Notes: generated by a model not told the origin, from the letters alone. DNA of 60,000 bases from Callorhinchus milii (GCF_018977255.1 NW_024704743.1:26786001-26846000); one strand, 5' to 3'. Counted from the stretch's first letter, positions 36,548-49,390 are shown. Made by a program: numbers and translations.

Positions 36548-36948
36548 AATAATAATAATCCTTGCTGTAAAGTGCAGTCATTTGTATTTTGTAGGCAAAC
36601 ATAATAGCCAATTTATCCACAGCAATGTCCCACAAACAGTCATGGAATAAATGAACAATTTATCTGGGGGATTGTTGGCTACAATACTGCATAAACTCCC
36701 TTCACTGCATAAACTCCCTTCACTTTTCAAATGGTGTCATGGGATCTTTAACATCCACCTGGACTGGTAGGTGGGACCTCAACTGAACATTTTATCTGAA
36801 GGATACCACCTCCACCAATGCAGCAAATCCCCAGCACTGCACTGGGTTGTCAGCCGAGATTATGTGAGTTCAAAGTTCCGCTGTGGGATTTGAATTCACA
36901 ACCTTCTGACTCAGAGGTAAGAATACTATCAAAGATTCAGGCTGACAC
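36548..36948 (-). mobile_element. Deu-domain SINE with an 18-bp internal tandem duplication
   Basis: Head, Deu domain and tail; actgcataaactcccttc x2 at 36686-36721. Confidence 0.88.
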
Positions 36949-36959
36949 CTAATAGTTTA

Positions 36960-37435
36960 ATAATAGTAATAATAATCATTGCATTTGATATAGCTCCTTG
37001 TCATGACTTTGAGACATCTCAAAGCACTTTACAGAATATACTGTAAAGTGAATTATATTTTGTATATTTTGTGGGCAAAGACAAATGAATGAAAGCAAAA
37101 TACAATATACAACAACTTGCATTTATATAGTGCCCTTCACGCGAGGCAGTGTCTCAGAGAGATTATTACCTCGCTTTCCAGGGGTAATAATCCCTCTAAA
37201 AATAATAATAATTTGGTCACTCAATCAACAACTGTTTGTGGCATACTACTATGCGCAATTGGCTGCCGCGTTTCATCCACAAAATATGCAGTCAATTCAC
37301 TTTACAGTATATTCAGTGAATTGCTTTCAGATGTCTCAATAATGTGATAAGGTGCTATATCAAATCATACAATCTTACAGGACAGAAGGAAGCCATCTGG
37401 CACATCGTTCCTGAGGATGAAGTGCAAGGATTATT
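36960..37435. mobile_element. Cluster: SINE tail (-), L2 stub (-), SINE 3' half (+) containing a CR1 tail stub (-) at about 37364-37413
   Basis: Tail motifs as in other copies. Confidence 0.7.
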
Positions 37436-37599
37436 TATAAAATACGACATACAGTCCAGAATGAAAAGGATTTAAGCAAAAGATACAATGAAAATAGAGA
37501 GGAACATTAACAAAATGTTGCTAAGTTCCTGATCGTGGTTCAGATGAGAATTCTTTAAAACACAAGTTATGTTTGTCTCAGATTTGTTTTCTTAATCTC

Positions 37600-38005
37600 T
37601 CTGTAGCACTTAGACGGAGGGTGTGTGCAGAACGGCTGAAGGCCTCACCACCGATGGGGGATGGGTCAGGCCAGTTGGGGGACATAGAACAGGCCAGTGC
37701 CTGCCAACCAGATGGAGCTGGTGGGTTGGTAAGGAGCTAGAAGATGACAGAGGTAGAGTGGGGAAAACTGTGGGAGGGATTTAAAAGTGAAGACAAGGGC
37801 CTTGAACTCGATCCTCTGGGGGCTGCGGAGCTAGTAAAGCTGGGCAAGGATGGGAGTAATGGAGCCTGGTGCGGGAAAGGACATGAACTGCAAAGTTCTG
37901 AATAATATGCAGAGTGTGGCTGGAAGACTTGGGAAGTCTGGTGAGCAGAGAGTTAGAGAGTTGGTGCAGTACATGCTTGGAAGTGATGACTTCTTTGACC
38001 AGATT
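37600..38005 (-). mobile_element. L2 ORF2 3' fragment
   Basis: Minus frame NSLLTRLPKSSSHTLHIIQNFAVHVLSRTR. Confidence 0.8.
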
Positions 38006-38114
38006 CTTAGTCATCTATAGCTTCCTTTTCAGCTCCCACCAACAATCCCCCCCGACCCAGCTCATGGGCCGAGCCAGCAGTGCGAAGCGCTTTGGGGCAT
38101 CAGAAGAAAAAAAA

Positions 38115-38291
38115 ATGGTTTTGGTCACGCAATCCACGACTGTTTGCGGGACATTGCTATGTGCAATTGGCTGCCACATTTAGCCTACAAAATATACAGT
38201 CAATCCACTTTTCAGTGTATCCTGTGAAACGCTTTGAGATCTCTCAACAGTGTGATAAGGCGCTGTATCAAATGCAAGGATTATTATTATT
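38115..38291 (+). mobile_element. SINE 3' half
   Basis: ttggtcacgcaatccacgactgtttgcgggac..tgcaaggattattatt. Confidence 0.85.
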
Positions 38292-40449
38292 CTCCTGATG
38301 CAATTTATAAAAATAATAATCCTCCCATTATTATAAATTGCATTGTAATGTACAATGTACACGAGTACCAGTTTCCTTTAAAACTGATCTCCAATTCAAT
38401 TTATAAGGTCTGGGCTGGCTCTGACACAAGCAATATCATACTTACAGTAAACACTGTAAACAAATCAGTTTATTCATGTCTTGAGGTGAATGAAACTTCA
38501 GAGGGGGCTCTAGACAGTAATGTGTTTCAAAGGCCTTCTGGTCTTTTTTTCTTCTTCAGTTTTTAAGAAAATCGTAGATCAAAATAATTTTAAAACTGTC
38601 ACAGTGGGTATAAAGGATAGTGCTGAACAATGAAGATAATTAGAAATAAGGTGCTGGAGAGAATTGTAGAGTCTTATGAAAAAAGAGATTGCTTATTCAT
38701 TTAAGAGCTCTGTATTGATTTATAGAGTTATGGGTTAAAATATATAAAAATGAATGGTTTGTTGGTCCAGTCCTTAGTGATACAAAGTACAATTACTCAC
38801 ACCAGCCTAAAAGGATTTGAGCATTTAGTGCTGGCTGAATCTGCCATAGAGGTCAAAATAAGCAGCAGGTTTCTGCCTGGCACATTACCACAAGACATTA
38901 CATGCATTCACTGATGGGAATGAAGATGATGGATCCAACTGTTTTCCTCACAAATTGGCAGTGCCTCCATTCTCATTAATGAAACATTCCCTAACTCTAT
39001 CTGTTCTATTACATCACTGTCCACACAGTCAGGTCATCTGGGGAGACAGGAAGGGAATTACAGGATCCTGTTGAGCACTCAGCCGTGAGTTTTGCTACAT
39101 CACTGGAAATGTAAACACTTTGGTTCCCCAAATGTATTTGTAGGAGGCTGCTCACGTTGGGTTACTAAAACAAGCTGTCTCAATGAAAATACGGCAGGTA
39201 ATTGAAAAGTATCACCTTCTTTGAGCCTCAGACTTTTGAATTGTTAAATTTGTTTCTACATATTACAATAGTTATTCAAGAAGGCTTCCACCTTGCATGG
39301 TCTGGAAGTAATCTATATGTAAATTTTGCATCAAAACTTCGCAAACTTCAAATTTTCAGTGAGTAGAGGTCAAAACACATGACTAGGCTTTTATTTACTC
39401 TATTTCAACTCAAAGACCACTGAAGCAATGTCTGTCTTGCTTTCAGAATTCAAACTCAAAGCACTGCAAACTAGCCATTGTAATGACACAATATCATTGC
39501 ATTCTGCAGTAATCTTTGTGCACTGCAAACACACCAGTTTCTGATATTTTGCTTCAGACTACAATGGTGAAATAGAGAAACAAACAAACTCTGAAATACC
39601 CACTCAGTAAGATGGAGTTGTCTAACATTGAACCATGATCATGCACATATAATAAACTTTGTTTCCTCTGTCTGAGCCTCTCATATCTGGAAGAGATAGG
39701 AAACCTATTTTTAAGAAGTCCAGAACAGAAGGCCACAAATTCCTCAGACCATTCCTGTGTCTTTTGCATTTCTATTCATTGTAGATAAACTGGCTGTGTA
39801 ATATGGCTTTGAATAAATAACCCCAAATAAGCCACCAATCTAAACAAAGCCTAATTAATTGGGAGACTAATTAATTGGGAGATACCAAAGGTCACTCTGT
39901 TCCTTCAATCTCAGAGTCCTACAGTCAAAAAGGAAGCATTCGTTAACTCTACCATCCCTCTGACCAGCGATGAGTGCTGATCAAGACCAATCCAGTTGAC
40001 AAGCGTACACTACTGTACCCTTATCCCAAAACAGGAAAATATTTTTACTTTAATTCAATAAATATGCTTGTCCAATTGGTTGCTGACCGCTGGAAGATTC
40101 TACCCTGCGTGAAGACTGCAATATAAATTTATATAAATCTAAAGTTGACATTGTTGTTGCTCTTACTGGTAGGTCCTCGCGCTCCTTGGCATCTGTACAA
40201 TGCCTGGCCCGAAGATCTCCGTACCCCAGATTCTTAATGTGGTAATTGTTAAATCAACTCAATTATAAACTCCAACAAATATCCCCTATAATGCCACACA
40301 ATATTATTTTTTCCTAAAAAGGAGTACTTTATATTTATTAGTGTTAAACTGTATCTGCCACTTATCCACTCTATCAACATCATCATGAAGTCGTATAGAG
40401 TCATTCTCAGATTTCACAAATATGGTATCATCACCAAGCTTTCCTTGAA

Positions 40450-40990
40450 TGTTCCTCGTTCCGCTGTTAAGAGCTCTGAGACGTTACCTGCTTCGAGAGT
40501 GCTATATAATGCTACATATAACATTGTTGTTGTTGTTGAACAGCCCCTTATTTTTTATGTGTCCACAAAAGCATGAATAATAATCCTTTCATTTGACATA
40601 GTGACTTTCACATGCCACAAAGCACTTCACGAGACCTACTGTCATGTAGTGACTGTGTGGTTTGTAGGTGAATGTGCCTGCCAACTTTCACACAGCAATG
40701 TCACACACCTGCTAGCATGGAAGTTTCATCACAAATGGCTTTTTGTTCCATAGAAATGTACAGCACAGAAGAAAGCCATTTGGCCAATCGTGTGAAGTTA
40801 AAGACCGTAACAACTTTTAAAAAGGAATAAATAGGTTAAGTATTTGAAAGAGCAGCAATATTAAAAATTATGGGGGAGGAATAGGAATTTGCAGTTAGAG
40901 TAGCTCCAAGGATAAGCTCACACCAGCATGGGCATTAAAGACTAAATGGCCTCTTTCCTTGCTTTAAATTTCAAGAGTTCCATAAGCTCT
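40450..40990. mobile_element. Cluster: L2 tail (+), SINE tail (-), CR1 tail (-), CR1 3' end (+)
   Basis: (GTT)n tail near 40524; ataatcctttcatttgac; catagaaatgtacagcacagaa; aatggcctctttcc. Confidence 0.6.
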
Positions 40991-41010
40991 GAAAACAAAG
41001 ATCCACAATC

Positions 41011-41699
41011 CTCATCTGTTTGTTGAGTGGAGCTCATTTTCAGATATTAATGATTTGTTTCTCATTATATGGCATAGAAAAATCTCTTGTTTTACTTTCA
41101 AATTGTTTTTCTTACCACAGCGCTGCCGTGTTTCTTTGATGTGGAGAGTCTCAATGTCACTTCAAGATGAAAGGAGTCCCCTGTGATTCAGGAGAAAGGT
41201 ATTACAAATGTTATGATGCAGGAGCTCAAGTGATGTTGTATCAGATAACAAGGCTTGCAGTGTTTCAACTTTCTAATTTCCCTCCACAGTAGATCACAGG
41301 GAAAAACTGTGCTCCATTAGAAGATGAGAAGGTATGTGTAGAATTAAGTGAAGCAGCAGAGGGGGAAAAAAATCTAAGATATGATCAAGATCAAAACTTT
41401 TGTACTGCATTGTTAGATTAGGCTATCTGACTCATTTACTGCTTAAGGTCCATTTAGTGTTGTTGCCATGCAGTTTCTGTTCACAGAAGAATGCTCTCTG
41501 TGTCAGACAGTAAAGTAGCAGCACAATAGTACTGTGAAGATAATGGCTTCTCAGACAAGCTCTTGATCTATTTTCTATGATGCAATTTGCCAATTGAATT
41601 ACTGTTAAATTTAAATCAATTTAAATCCAAAACTGTGTGGCATATAGTGAAAAGGAATTGTTAATATCTGTAAATGAGCTCCACTCAATAATAGGTGAG
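41011..41699 (+). other. Long-range inverted repeat (arms of about 67 bp at 41011-41077 and 41633-41699)
   Basis: Perfect 17-bp core ttgagtggagctcattt (41023-41039) pairs with aaatgagctccactcaa (41672-41688); alignable on both sides. Confidence 0.9.
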
Positions 41700-42019
41700 C
41701 ATATGAACAGCTAGAGTTTTGGTCTCACAGTTTATGAAATTATTAAGGGGGGAAATTGTGGAATCTGCTGTGTTAATTATTATTTTTATTTTACGAGAGT
41801 TTGGCTCCATCTTTTCAAGGTGCACTCTCTTTTTTGTTCAATCCAACCTTCAAAAGTTTCAATGATGTGATAACTATTATTTGTAATAATAATTAAATCA
41901 CATACCATATCTTCCCCCCCCACCCCCCACCCCACCAAGAATATCAATTATCCATTGAAGGGCATGGAGGAGATTAAGGTTGGGAGATGAAGATGGTATG
42001 CACTGAGGTTTTGTAATCT

Positions 42020-42222
42020 AGAGGAAATTGATGACTCCCTGCTCCCAGTGACTGTTCTGCCCTTCCTGGTCCTGCTGATGAACCATGCTGGCTGTGCTGT
42101 CATCAGCAGTGCCCTGGAATATTGCAGACCCACCTGGCTCAGGAACCAGACTACCAAGACTGCAACAGAGAGCTGGCTCAATTATGACTTTCCATTGCCA
42201 GTTCAGCTCCAAGGAGACTCCG
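42020..42222 (-). mobile_element. Fragment of the poly(A) LINE family
   Basis: ggctgtgctgtcatcagcagtgccctggaata shared with 19123-19154; reverse complement matches 31455-31545. Confidence 0.8.
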
Positions 42223-43425
42223 GGAAGTCGAGGAAGGAACAGCAGGAACATAAAAGGAGTGGGTAAGGATTAGTGTAAAGAAGTATCAGATACACATATT
42301 ACTCAATGAGTTCTACTGCACCATGTTTATGCAATGACAATATCGAGTCCGAATCCCATACTAACTCCACACAGCTTTAGTTTGATCATATTCTGTTATT
42401 TTCTATTATGACCTTGGATACTCACTTCAGCCTTACTGTCTTGCTACTTCTAGTATAAGCATTTTGATCAGAGTGAGGGACAGTTGTGGAATAATGCGAG
42501 TGGTCTTAATTGGTTTTCCTGCCACGGGCTATAATTCCTCTCCCGCTGAGTGAGAGAGAGAAAGAGAGAGCATGATATTTGCATCTCAAATACTTTTAGA
42601 TGGGTCTGGTATATTATCATTTGTCCTACTGTAATCCTCAGTTGCATGGAATGCAATCCGACAGACTGACAAAGTGAGTAACAAGGATAGTGCAGTACTT
42701 TGTCAAGGTTGAAGAAAGCAGTACAGAAAATTAGATAAATCAAGCAAAGTGGTTAGGTGATGCCAAGGCTGGTATTCAAAAACCTATAGATTGCAGGCAC
42801 ACTTGGCAGTATGTTAAGTGAAGACCATCTACAACCATTAAATACTCATCCACCACTAATGCAAAGTAAGATATAATCAATTTCTGAATATCCAGAATGC
42901 TGGCGTCCTTGGCTCTATGAAAGACCTGCAGAAAATATGATAATTCCTGGAATAGTTGTTGTGCAACCATTTAAAGAGGATCATTGGACTCACAAGCCAG
43001 AAATGAGCTCCAACAATGGCCAATTTCTCCTACTTCCTGAAGGCATCTGCTGGGTGCAGATCCATGGTCACCTCTGCCAAAGGGTGAATCTTGAGGCTAG
43101 ATGATTGTGGGAAAAGAGAGGCCCATTGTTTGTATGAATGCCACTAAAACACTTTGCTGTTGAGTGGCAATAAAGACCCTTCGAGCTTAATCTTTTCCTT
43201 ACCCAACATGCAAATATGAATACCTCAAATGGATTGTCACAGGAGTGACATAGCCGACTGCCTAAGATTTGGGATGTTTGTTAGGGAAGTCCCTTGACAT
43301 TTACCTTTTTTCTTATGCTTTCAGATGGCCTTGGAGAATGCAGAACTCCAATCTTGGAGCCAATGTCACAGCATGAATCAGGCCCATGAAATGATTTAGA
43401 TAATCTCCATCTCATGCCCCATTCC

Positions 43426-43470
43426 TGGGTTTATGTCTGACTTGTGGAGCACAGTCAGACATAAATGCCA
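43426..43470. other. Hairpin with a 13-bp perfect stem
   Basis: tttatgtctgact (43430-43442) pairs with agtcagacataaa (43453-43465). Confidence 0.85.
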
Positions 43471-44934
43471 CCAGAAAGCTTTGCCACCAGGAGTTGAGGC
43501 CCTTTTGAAAGGCAAAATTGCACATTTATTTTCCAATGTATTCTTTTAAGTGTTTTATAAACAATCCAGGACGCTACTCCACGTGAAGGGTACTATATAA
43601 ATGCAAGTCGCTGATGGTGTGTTTATGTTTTGTCATGCATCATTGTCAATCAAGAAGACTAATTAAGTCTTTAATATTTGTGCGTTGTGTTATTTTTGCA
43701 CTTTATTCCCTTGTTATTCAACTGCGAATTTGTAGACACTTCTATACAACAACACTGAGTTCAGTTGCTGTAAGCAGCAGAAAACAAAATTAAGCAAAAG
43801 GTTAATTATCTTTTGTTCCATCTGATATGAGTTAGGAGTTTATTGCTCCAGCTATTAAGAATATAATTATAGCCTTCAGCCGGTGATAATTGGGCAGTAC
43901 ATCAACATTAGCAGCCATTTATTTGCCCCTTCTAACAAACACAAAAAACATGGAAATATTTAGTTTTTACTTTTCGAAATGCTGATTCTTTACTCTCTTG
44001 ATTCCTCTTTTACATGATTGTGTTTCCAATATTTGTTCTGAAATGTTGTTGTTCATGGTGCGTCCACATCCACCTGTAGATTTTGATGCTGAATACCCTT
44101 GTTTTGATTCCTTTGGTCCCTTTACTGTTGCTTCTGCTGCAAGCTTCAACTTGCATCAGCTTCACTCCAGTGCCCCTGAAGGAAGTGAGATCGCTTCAAA
44201 AAACATTTCTATTTGGAGTTGCCACTGATATCAACAGTGGCATTGATGTGTCAAAACTCAATACAGGTGCTGGGAGGTGCCCTTAGTACACAACCTCCAA
44301 CTTTCTACCCCCAGAGCAACGCAGAGATCAAAGCAATGCTGCACCAATCTGTGCTATCAATGCTTTGTCTTGCATGTTTCTTTCACTGTTTGGATCTAGG
44401 TAGTACTTGTGTAGAACTCCAGTCCCACAGAGTTACAAAGAGGATGTGTCAAGTTCATCGTTTTACATACATTCTGCAAAATGTGACTAATTGCATAATT
44501 AGCAGTGGATAAGATGTCAATTACTGCACATTATCTTGGCACTACTCCATGTCAGAGCTACCTTTGTCTTGGCTTTTTCTTCCACAACATCTCTATTGGA
44601 ATGAACTTTGCAAGTGTCAGCTAAACGTAGGCAAGCAATCACTTTCCTATTTCAGTTTGATTGATACACTACAGGACAGCCCTCCAGCAAGGAATGATAG
44701 CTGCCATTGTGAATTAGTTGCAATTTGAAACCTTATTCCTATGTTTGCTTCAGGTTCTGACCCGTTTAGCTTTCTTCACTATTGTGGTATACACAATGTT
44801 AAATGGGATTGAGAAATTAAGCCAAAATAATCAGATATGCTAAGGCAGAAGGCCAAAAAGATACAGCTTCAAGTAAGCTAAGGACAGCTTCAGGACAGAC
44901 ATCAGGAAGTATTTCTTGACCCAAAGAGTAGCTC

Positions 44935-45110
44935 AAATTTGTCATCCATTTCATGGCTGTTTGTGGAATGTTGCTGTGTGCAACTTGTCTGCCGCCTTCA
45001 CCCACAAAACAAGTAGTTTCTGCACTTCACAGCATGTCCTGTGAAGTGCTGTGCTTCGGGACGACTTCCTGATGTGAGTCATTCTCAAATGTAATGATTA
45101 TTATTATAAT
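44935..45110 (+). mobile_element. SINE 3' half
   Basis: ttcatggctgtttgtggaatgttgctgtgtgc..gattattatt. Confidence 0.75.
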
Positions 45111-45454
45111 TAATGAATGGAACAGGTTACCAAGCATTACCAAATGTAATGATAATGATGATTGTTATTATTATTAATGACTAAAACAGGTGGACTGTGA
45201 GAGTGAAGCAAGAGTACTAATAAAGAGGAATAAAATACTTGTTAACTTTTGGGGCTTAGGGAATATTTGTTAGATTGGAGATGGGTTAAATGGATTTATG
45301 GATTCTGTGTTAATAGTGTAAACTCTTATGAATTGGCAAACCTTTCAAAATTAGTCTTAAAGGGATAAATCACAAAATTGGTTAAAACAGACTGGAATTC
45401 CTTAGATCTGCTGGGTGTTTGAGGGCTAAAACTAGTATTCACGACTTCCAAGTA

Positions 45455-45860
45455 TTAATAATGCTTGCATTTACATTTGATATTTCATATAGTGCCTTAT
45501 CATGTCATTGAGACATCTAAACGCACTTTACAGGATAAATTGTTTGTATTTGTAGGCAAAATGTCGCAGCCACTTTGCCCAAAGCAGTGTCCCACAAATA
45601 TCCATGAAGTGAATGACACCAGGATAATCTCCATTTTGTTTTCGAATAGTGCCATGAGATCTTTAACGTCCACCTGAACAGGCAGATGGGATCTCAGTTT
45701 CATGTCTAAACCTAAGGACGGCAGCTCTGATAATGCAACACACCGCCAGCACTGCATTAGAGTAACATCTTAGACTGTGATTCCAAATCCTGATGAGGGG
45801 CTTGACCCCACAGCTTTCTGACTCAGACGGGAGAGTGCTACCACTGAACCAGGCTGACAA
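45455..45860 (-). mobile_element. Deu-domain SINE, near full length
   Basis: Tail, Deu domain, head gagtgctaccactgaaccaggctgac. Confidence 0.88.
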
Positions 45861-46989
45861 ACAAAAAAATATAGTTTACTTTGTTGTTTAATTTAAACTT
45901 GACCAATAAATACGAATTTTGTTTCCCTCAAATTAAAATGGATCATTTCAATTTGAAAATATTATTTGAAAATTTAAACAATTAATTTGTTGTAACAGCA
46001 ATAATGTTAGAATATATCTTTATTTTATTGGTCCTGGGGCTGATAATAGCCCCCACCCCCAGCAATGCCTGAAATGCTGAATTAATGCCCTATTGTTCCT
46101 GAAAGATGTTTTATTTAATACAACAATATTACTGAAGCTCAGTAGTTCTTAGTTCTTGCAAATTGATCACTGGTTTAAAACATTATTCTATATTTCTTTA
46201 GACTAATAAATTACACCAGACACTGTCAGTGCTGCTGTATTTCTATTCTACAATGGTAGCTGTTTGTGACTTTAAAACCACATCCCTCGGGTGATGCACC
46301 GTTGGGGATTAATTGCTTATTTTATAATTTCTTCAAAGTTCGGTCGTTTGTTGTTATCTGTACAGCAGGTTCCTACTTCATATTCAATTACTGATCTAAC
46401 GTATGTGTGATGTGCTTCTAAGCTCAAACATCCTCAGCTGTCTATGATATTCTATTGCAACATTTTCACCTTGAGATAATGACATATATTGTCTGATGCA
46501 TATTGTATTGTTTCAGGGAACAATGATGTACAATGCATTGAGCAGTTTCTATTTTTAGACACAGTACTGATGTAAACCACATAACTGGAGTTCTGAGATC
46601 TATTGACTGATGTCGATTGTAACACTGAAATGAAATTGCTACATTCCTAAACACTTTCCATTACCAAAATTCCATTTAGTTTTATCATTTAAGACCATTT
46701 TGACCTAAAATTCATACAGAATTGTGAAAAAATCTGTTATTCTGATCTCATTTTCCTTCTCAAGGTAAGATTGAATTGAAACATTTTCCACTGTTCTGAA
46801 CAATCTTAAATATCAAGATAAAGCTAAGACTGCGTGGAATTTCCGACTCCTCCTATTACTTATTTAAGGAACATCATTAAAATATGTTTTGGGATTCTGG
46901 CTTAGGGGGGATCATTTTTGAGTAACAAAAATGNTTTTTCTGAAATTATTCATCGGACAATGACTTAACTGAATATCACTAAGCCCAGA

Positions 46990-48292
46990 TGTCAGCCTGG
47001 CTTAGTTAGTAGCATTCTCATCTCTAACTCAGAAGATTATGGCTTCAAGCCCCAGCTTGAGACTTTGAGCTACCATCTAGGCTGACATCAAATACACGCT
47101 GGGAGAACGCTGCATTGTTACGTACTAAGGATGAGATGTTAAACAGCAGTCCTGTCTATTTGTTCATGTGGACGTTAATGATCCCTTGGTACTATTCGAA
47201 ATGAGAAGGAAGTTTCTCCCAGTGTTCAGGCCAACAATCCCCAGGTAAGAATTATCATTCACTTTTCCACCTCCACCATCGACTCCACGACCACTGCTGT
47301 CCTCGTAGACTGCCTGTTGGACATCAAGTCCTGAATGAGAGCTAACTTTCTCCAGTTGAACGTCAGCAAGGCCGAGGTACTCCTGCTTTGCTCCCATCAG
47401 CGCCTCCATACCTCGGGCAGTGACAGCATCATCCTTCATGGATGCAGTCTACACCTCACAATATGGAACTTCAGCGGCCTGTTCAACCTCAATTGTCTTT
47501 CATCCCCCACATCTGAGCCATGACCCGCTCTGCCTTTCCCCACTTCCGTAATATTGCCCAGCTCCACAACGGTCTCTCCTCCCAAGGCCGCTGAGACCCT
47601 CACTCATGCATTCATGACATCCAAGCTCGACTACGCAAACTCCCTGCTTGTCGGCCTCACCAACTCCTCCCTCCACAGGCTGCAGAACATCCAGAACTCT
47701 GCACCCATGTCCTCTCCTGCACCAGGCTCTGCAATCCTATTGCCCCTATTCTTACATGGTTCCACTGGCTCCCCATTACTCAGAGGATACAGTTCAAGAT
47801 CCTGGTTCTCACCTTCAAAGCCCTCTTTGGCCTTGCTCCTCCCTACCTCTGTGACCTCCTAACCCCCTACCAACCTGTCAGATCCCTCAGCTCAGGGAGG
47901 TCAGTCCAGGAGCAAAGAGACCCAGCCTGTTTATGGCCCCCACCTTACCCACCCCACCATTGCCAGGCAGGCCTTCAGCCTCTCTGCCCCCACCCTCTGG
48001 AACTCCATCACACAGCCCTTCTGCCTCGCCTCCTTCAAGAACATCTCAAGACATCTTCTTCGACCTTGCCTCCTTGGTCATACTCCTACCCCTACCCTCC
48101 CAACCTCCACCCCTCCTGATCTCAACCACCAGCTCGGGTGTGGATCCCTGACTGTCCATCATCTTGGACAATGCCCTCCGCCCAACTGGCCATTGTCTTT
48201 ACCTGCAAAATATAAAGTCAATGTACTTTATAGTAAATCCTTTAAGAAGTCACTCAACCTGAAATGCAAATGCAAGGATAATTATTATTATT
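46990..48292 (+). mobile_element. Deu-domain SINE split by an L2 insertion
   Basis: Head and Deu domain at 46990-47250; tail resumes at about 48185-48292. Confidence 0.7.
47265..48160 (+). mobile_element. L2 ORF2 3' fragment
   Basis: [49 protein letters not shown]. Confidence 0.92.
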
Positions 48293-48818
48293 TCGAAGAT
48301 CATGTATTATTACCATAAGCACGCAAATGCCCCTCTGCGGTGATTGATGGGATATTGACAGTATGTCCCGAATAAGTTCAGAAAAGTTGATTTTGGCTCT
48401 CAAAGTGTGAATCCTGCAAAGTGTCCAGATGGAATATTCTGGGCCTTTCAGACAGGTTTAGCAGCTTCCATTATTCAGAAATCAGGCAAGAGAGGTTTGG
48501 AAATATTTGGAATGCCATTTCTTAAAGATGACATTAATATACAAATGTAATCTTGTTGTTGTTGTTGTTAATGGAAACCCCGAATGGTGCTACTATCACT
48601 GGCTTTCCGAGGATGTGAAACTCAATTAAACTTCCTGCTCCAGGTTCCTCTGTATCATCCTTCACTGATTTTTGTGGCAACTGGATGGGAGGGGTCAGGC
48701 TCGGCAGTGACATGTTTTACAGTTGAGCGACCTGTCGAGACACACTGCCAAGACTCACAAATTAACAATGCCCCCTTGGACGAGGTACTGGAGGGCAACC
48801 ATTACTTGTGGAGTTACA

Positions 48819-49085
48819 TAATAATAATCCTTGCATTTGATATAGCGCTTTTCATGTCTTCTAGACGTCTCAAAGCGCTTCACAGAATATACTGTAAAGT
48901 GAATTGACTGTATATTTGTGGGCGAACGCAGCAGCCAATTGCGCACAGCAATGTCCCACAAACAGTCGTGGATTGAAAATGACCAATTTATTATTGTTTT
49001 TTTTGGAGGGATTATTATTAGGCGTGTGGAGTAAGGAAACTTGCCCAAGGTTTCGCCCTGCCTGGAATTGAACTCCGGTCTCTCA
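48819..49085 (-). mobile_element. tRNA/CORE-like SINE, short subfamily, young, A-box missing
   Basis: Close reverse complement of 13335-13600. Confidence 0.92.
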
Positions 49086-49274
49086 TCCCAGGAACAGGAG
49101 GTCAATCCAGGAGCAAAGATGCACGTGTGCAATGGGGACAAAAATAATTGGACACGCTAATATTCCACAAGAAGAACTGCAACTTTGACTCAAATTACAG
49201 AAAATAGTAAAAATGCACAGTTGGTCGATCATCACCTGAAAGAGACGGCGTCTTCATTTCTTCATCTGAAATTG

Positions 49275-49375
49275 AGTTCTGATCAAGGATCCACCAGAAA
49301 TGCTAATCTATCTGTTGATTTCAGATGCTCAGCATTTTCCATTTAAATTTTTGATTACCAGCAGCGGTGCTTTTT
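49275..49375 (+). mobile_element. Degraded Penelope-like pLTR fragment
   Basis: tctgatcaagg..agaaatgctaatct..cagatgct..cagcattttc; opposite orientation to 26008-26088. Confidence 0.4.
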
Positions 49376-49390
49376 TAAAATCTGTATATT

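Noticed and set aside
41517..41540. miR-15/16-like seed tagcagcaca
   Set aside because: The rest of the mature sequence does not match and there is no precursor hairpin
43967..44177. Minus-strand exon candidate after ctcacttccttcag
   Set aside because: Two frames stop early, the third gives no recognisable protein, and there is no convincing donor
46020..46320. Eulor-like ancient palindromic repeat fragments
   Set aside because: Only short motif resemblance (ggggattaattgcttat), too weak to call
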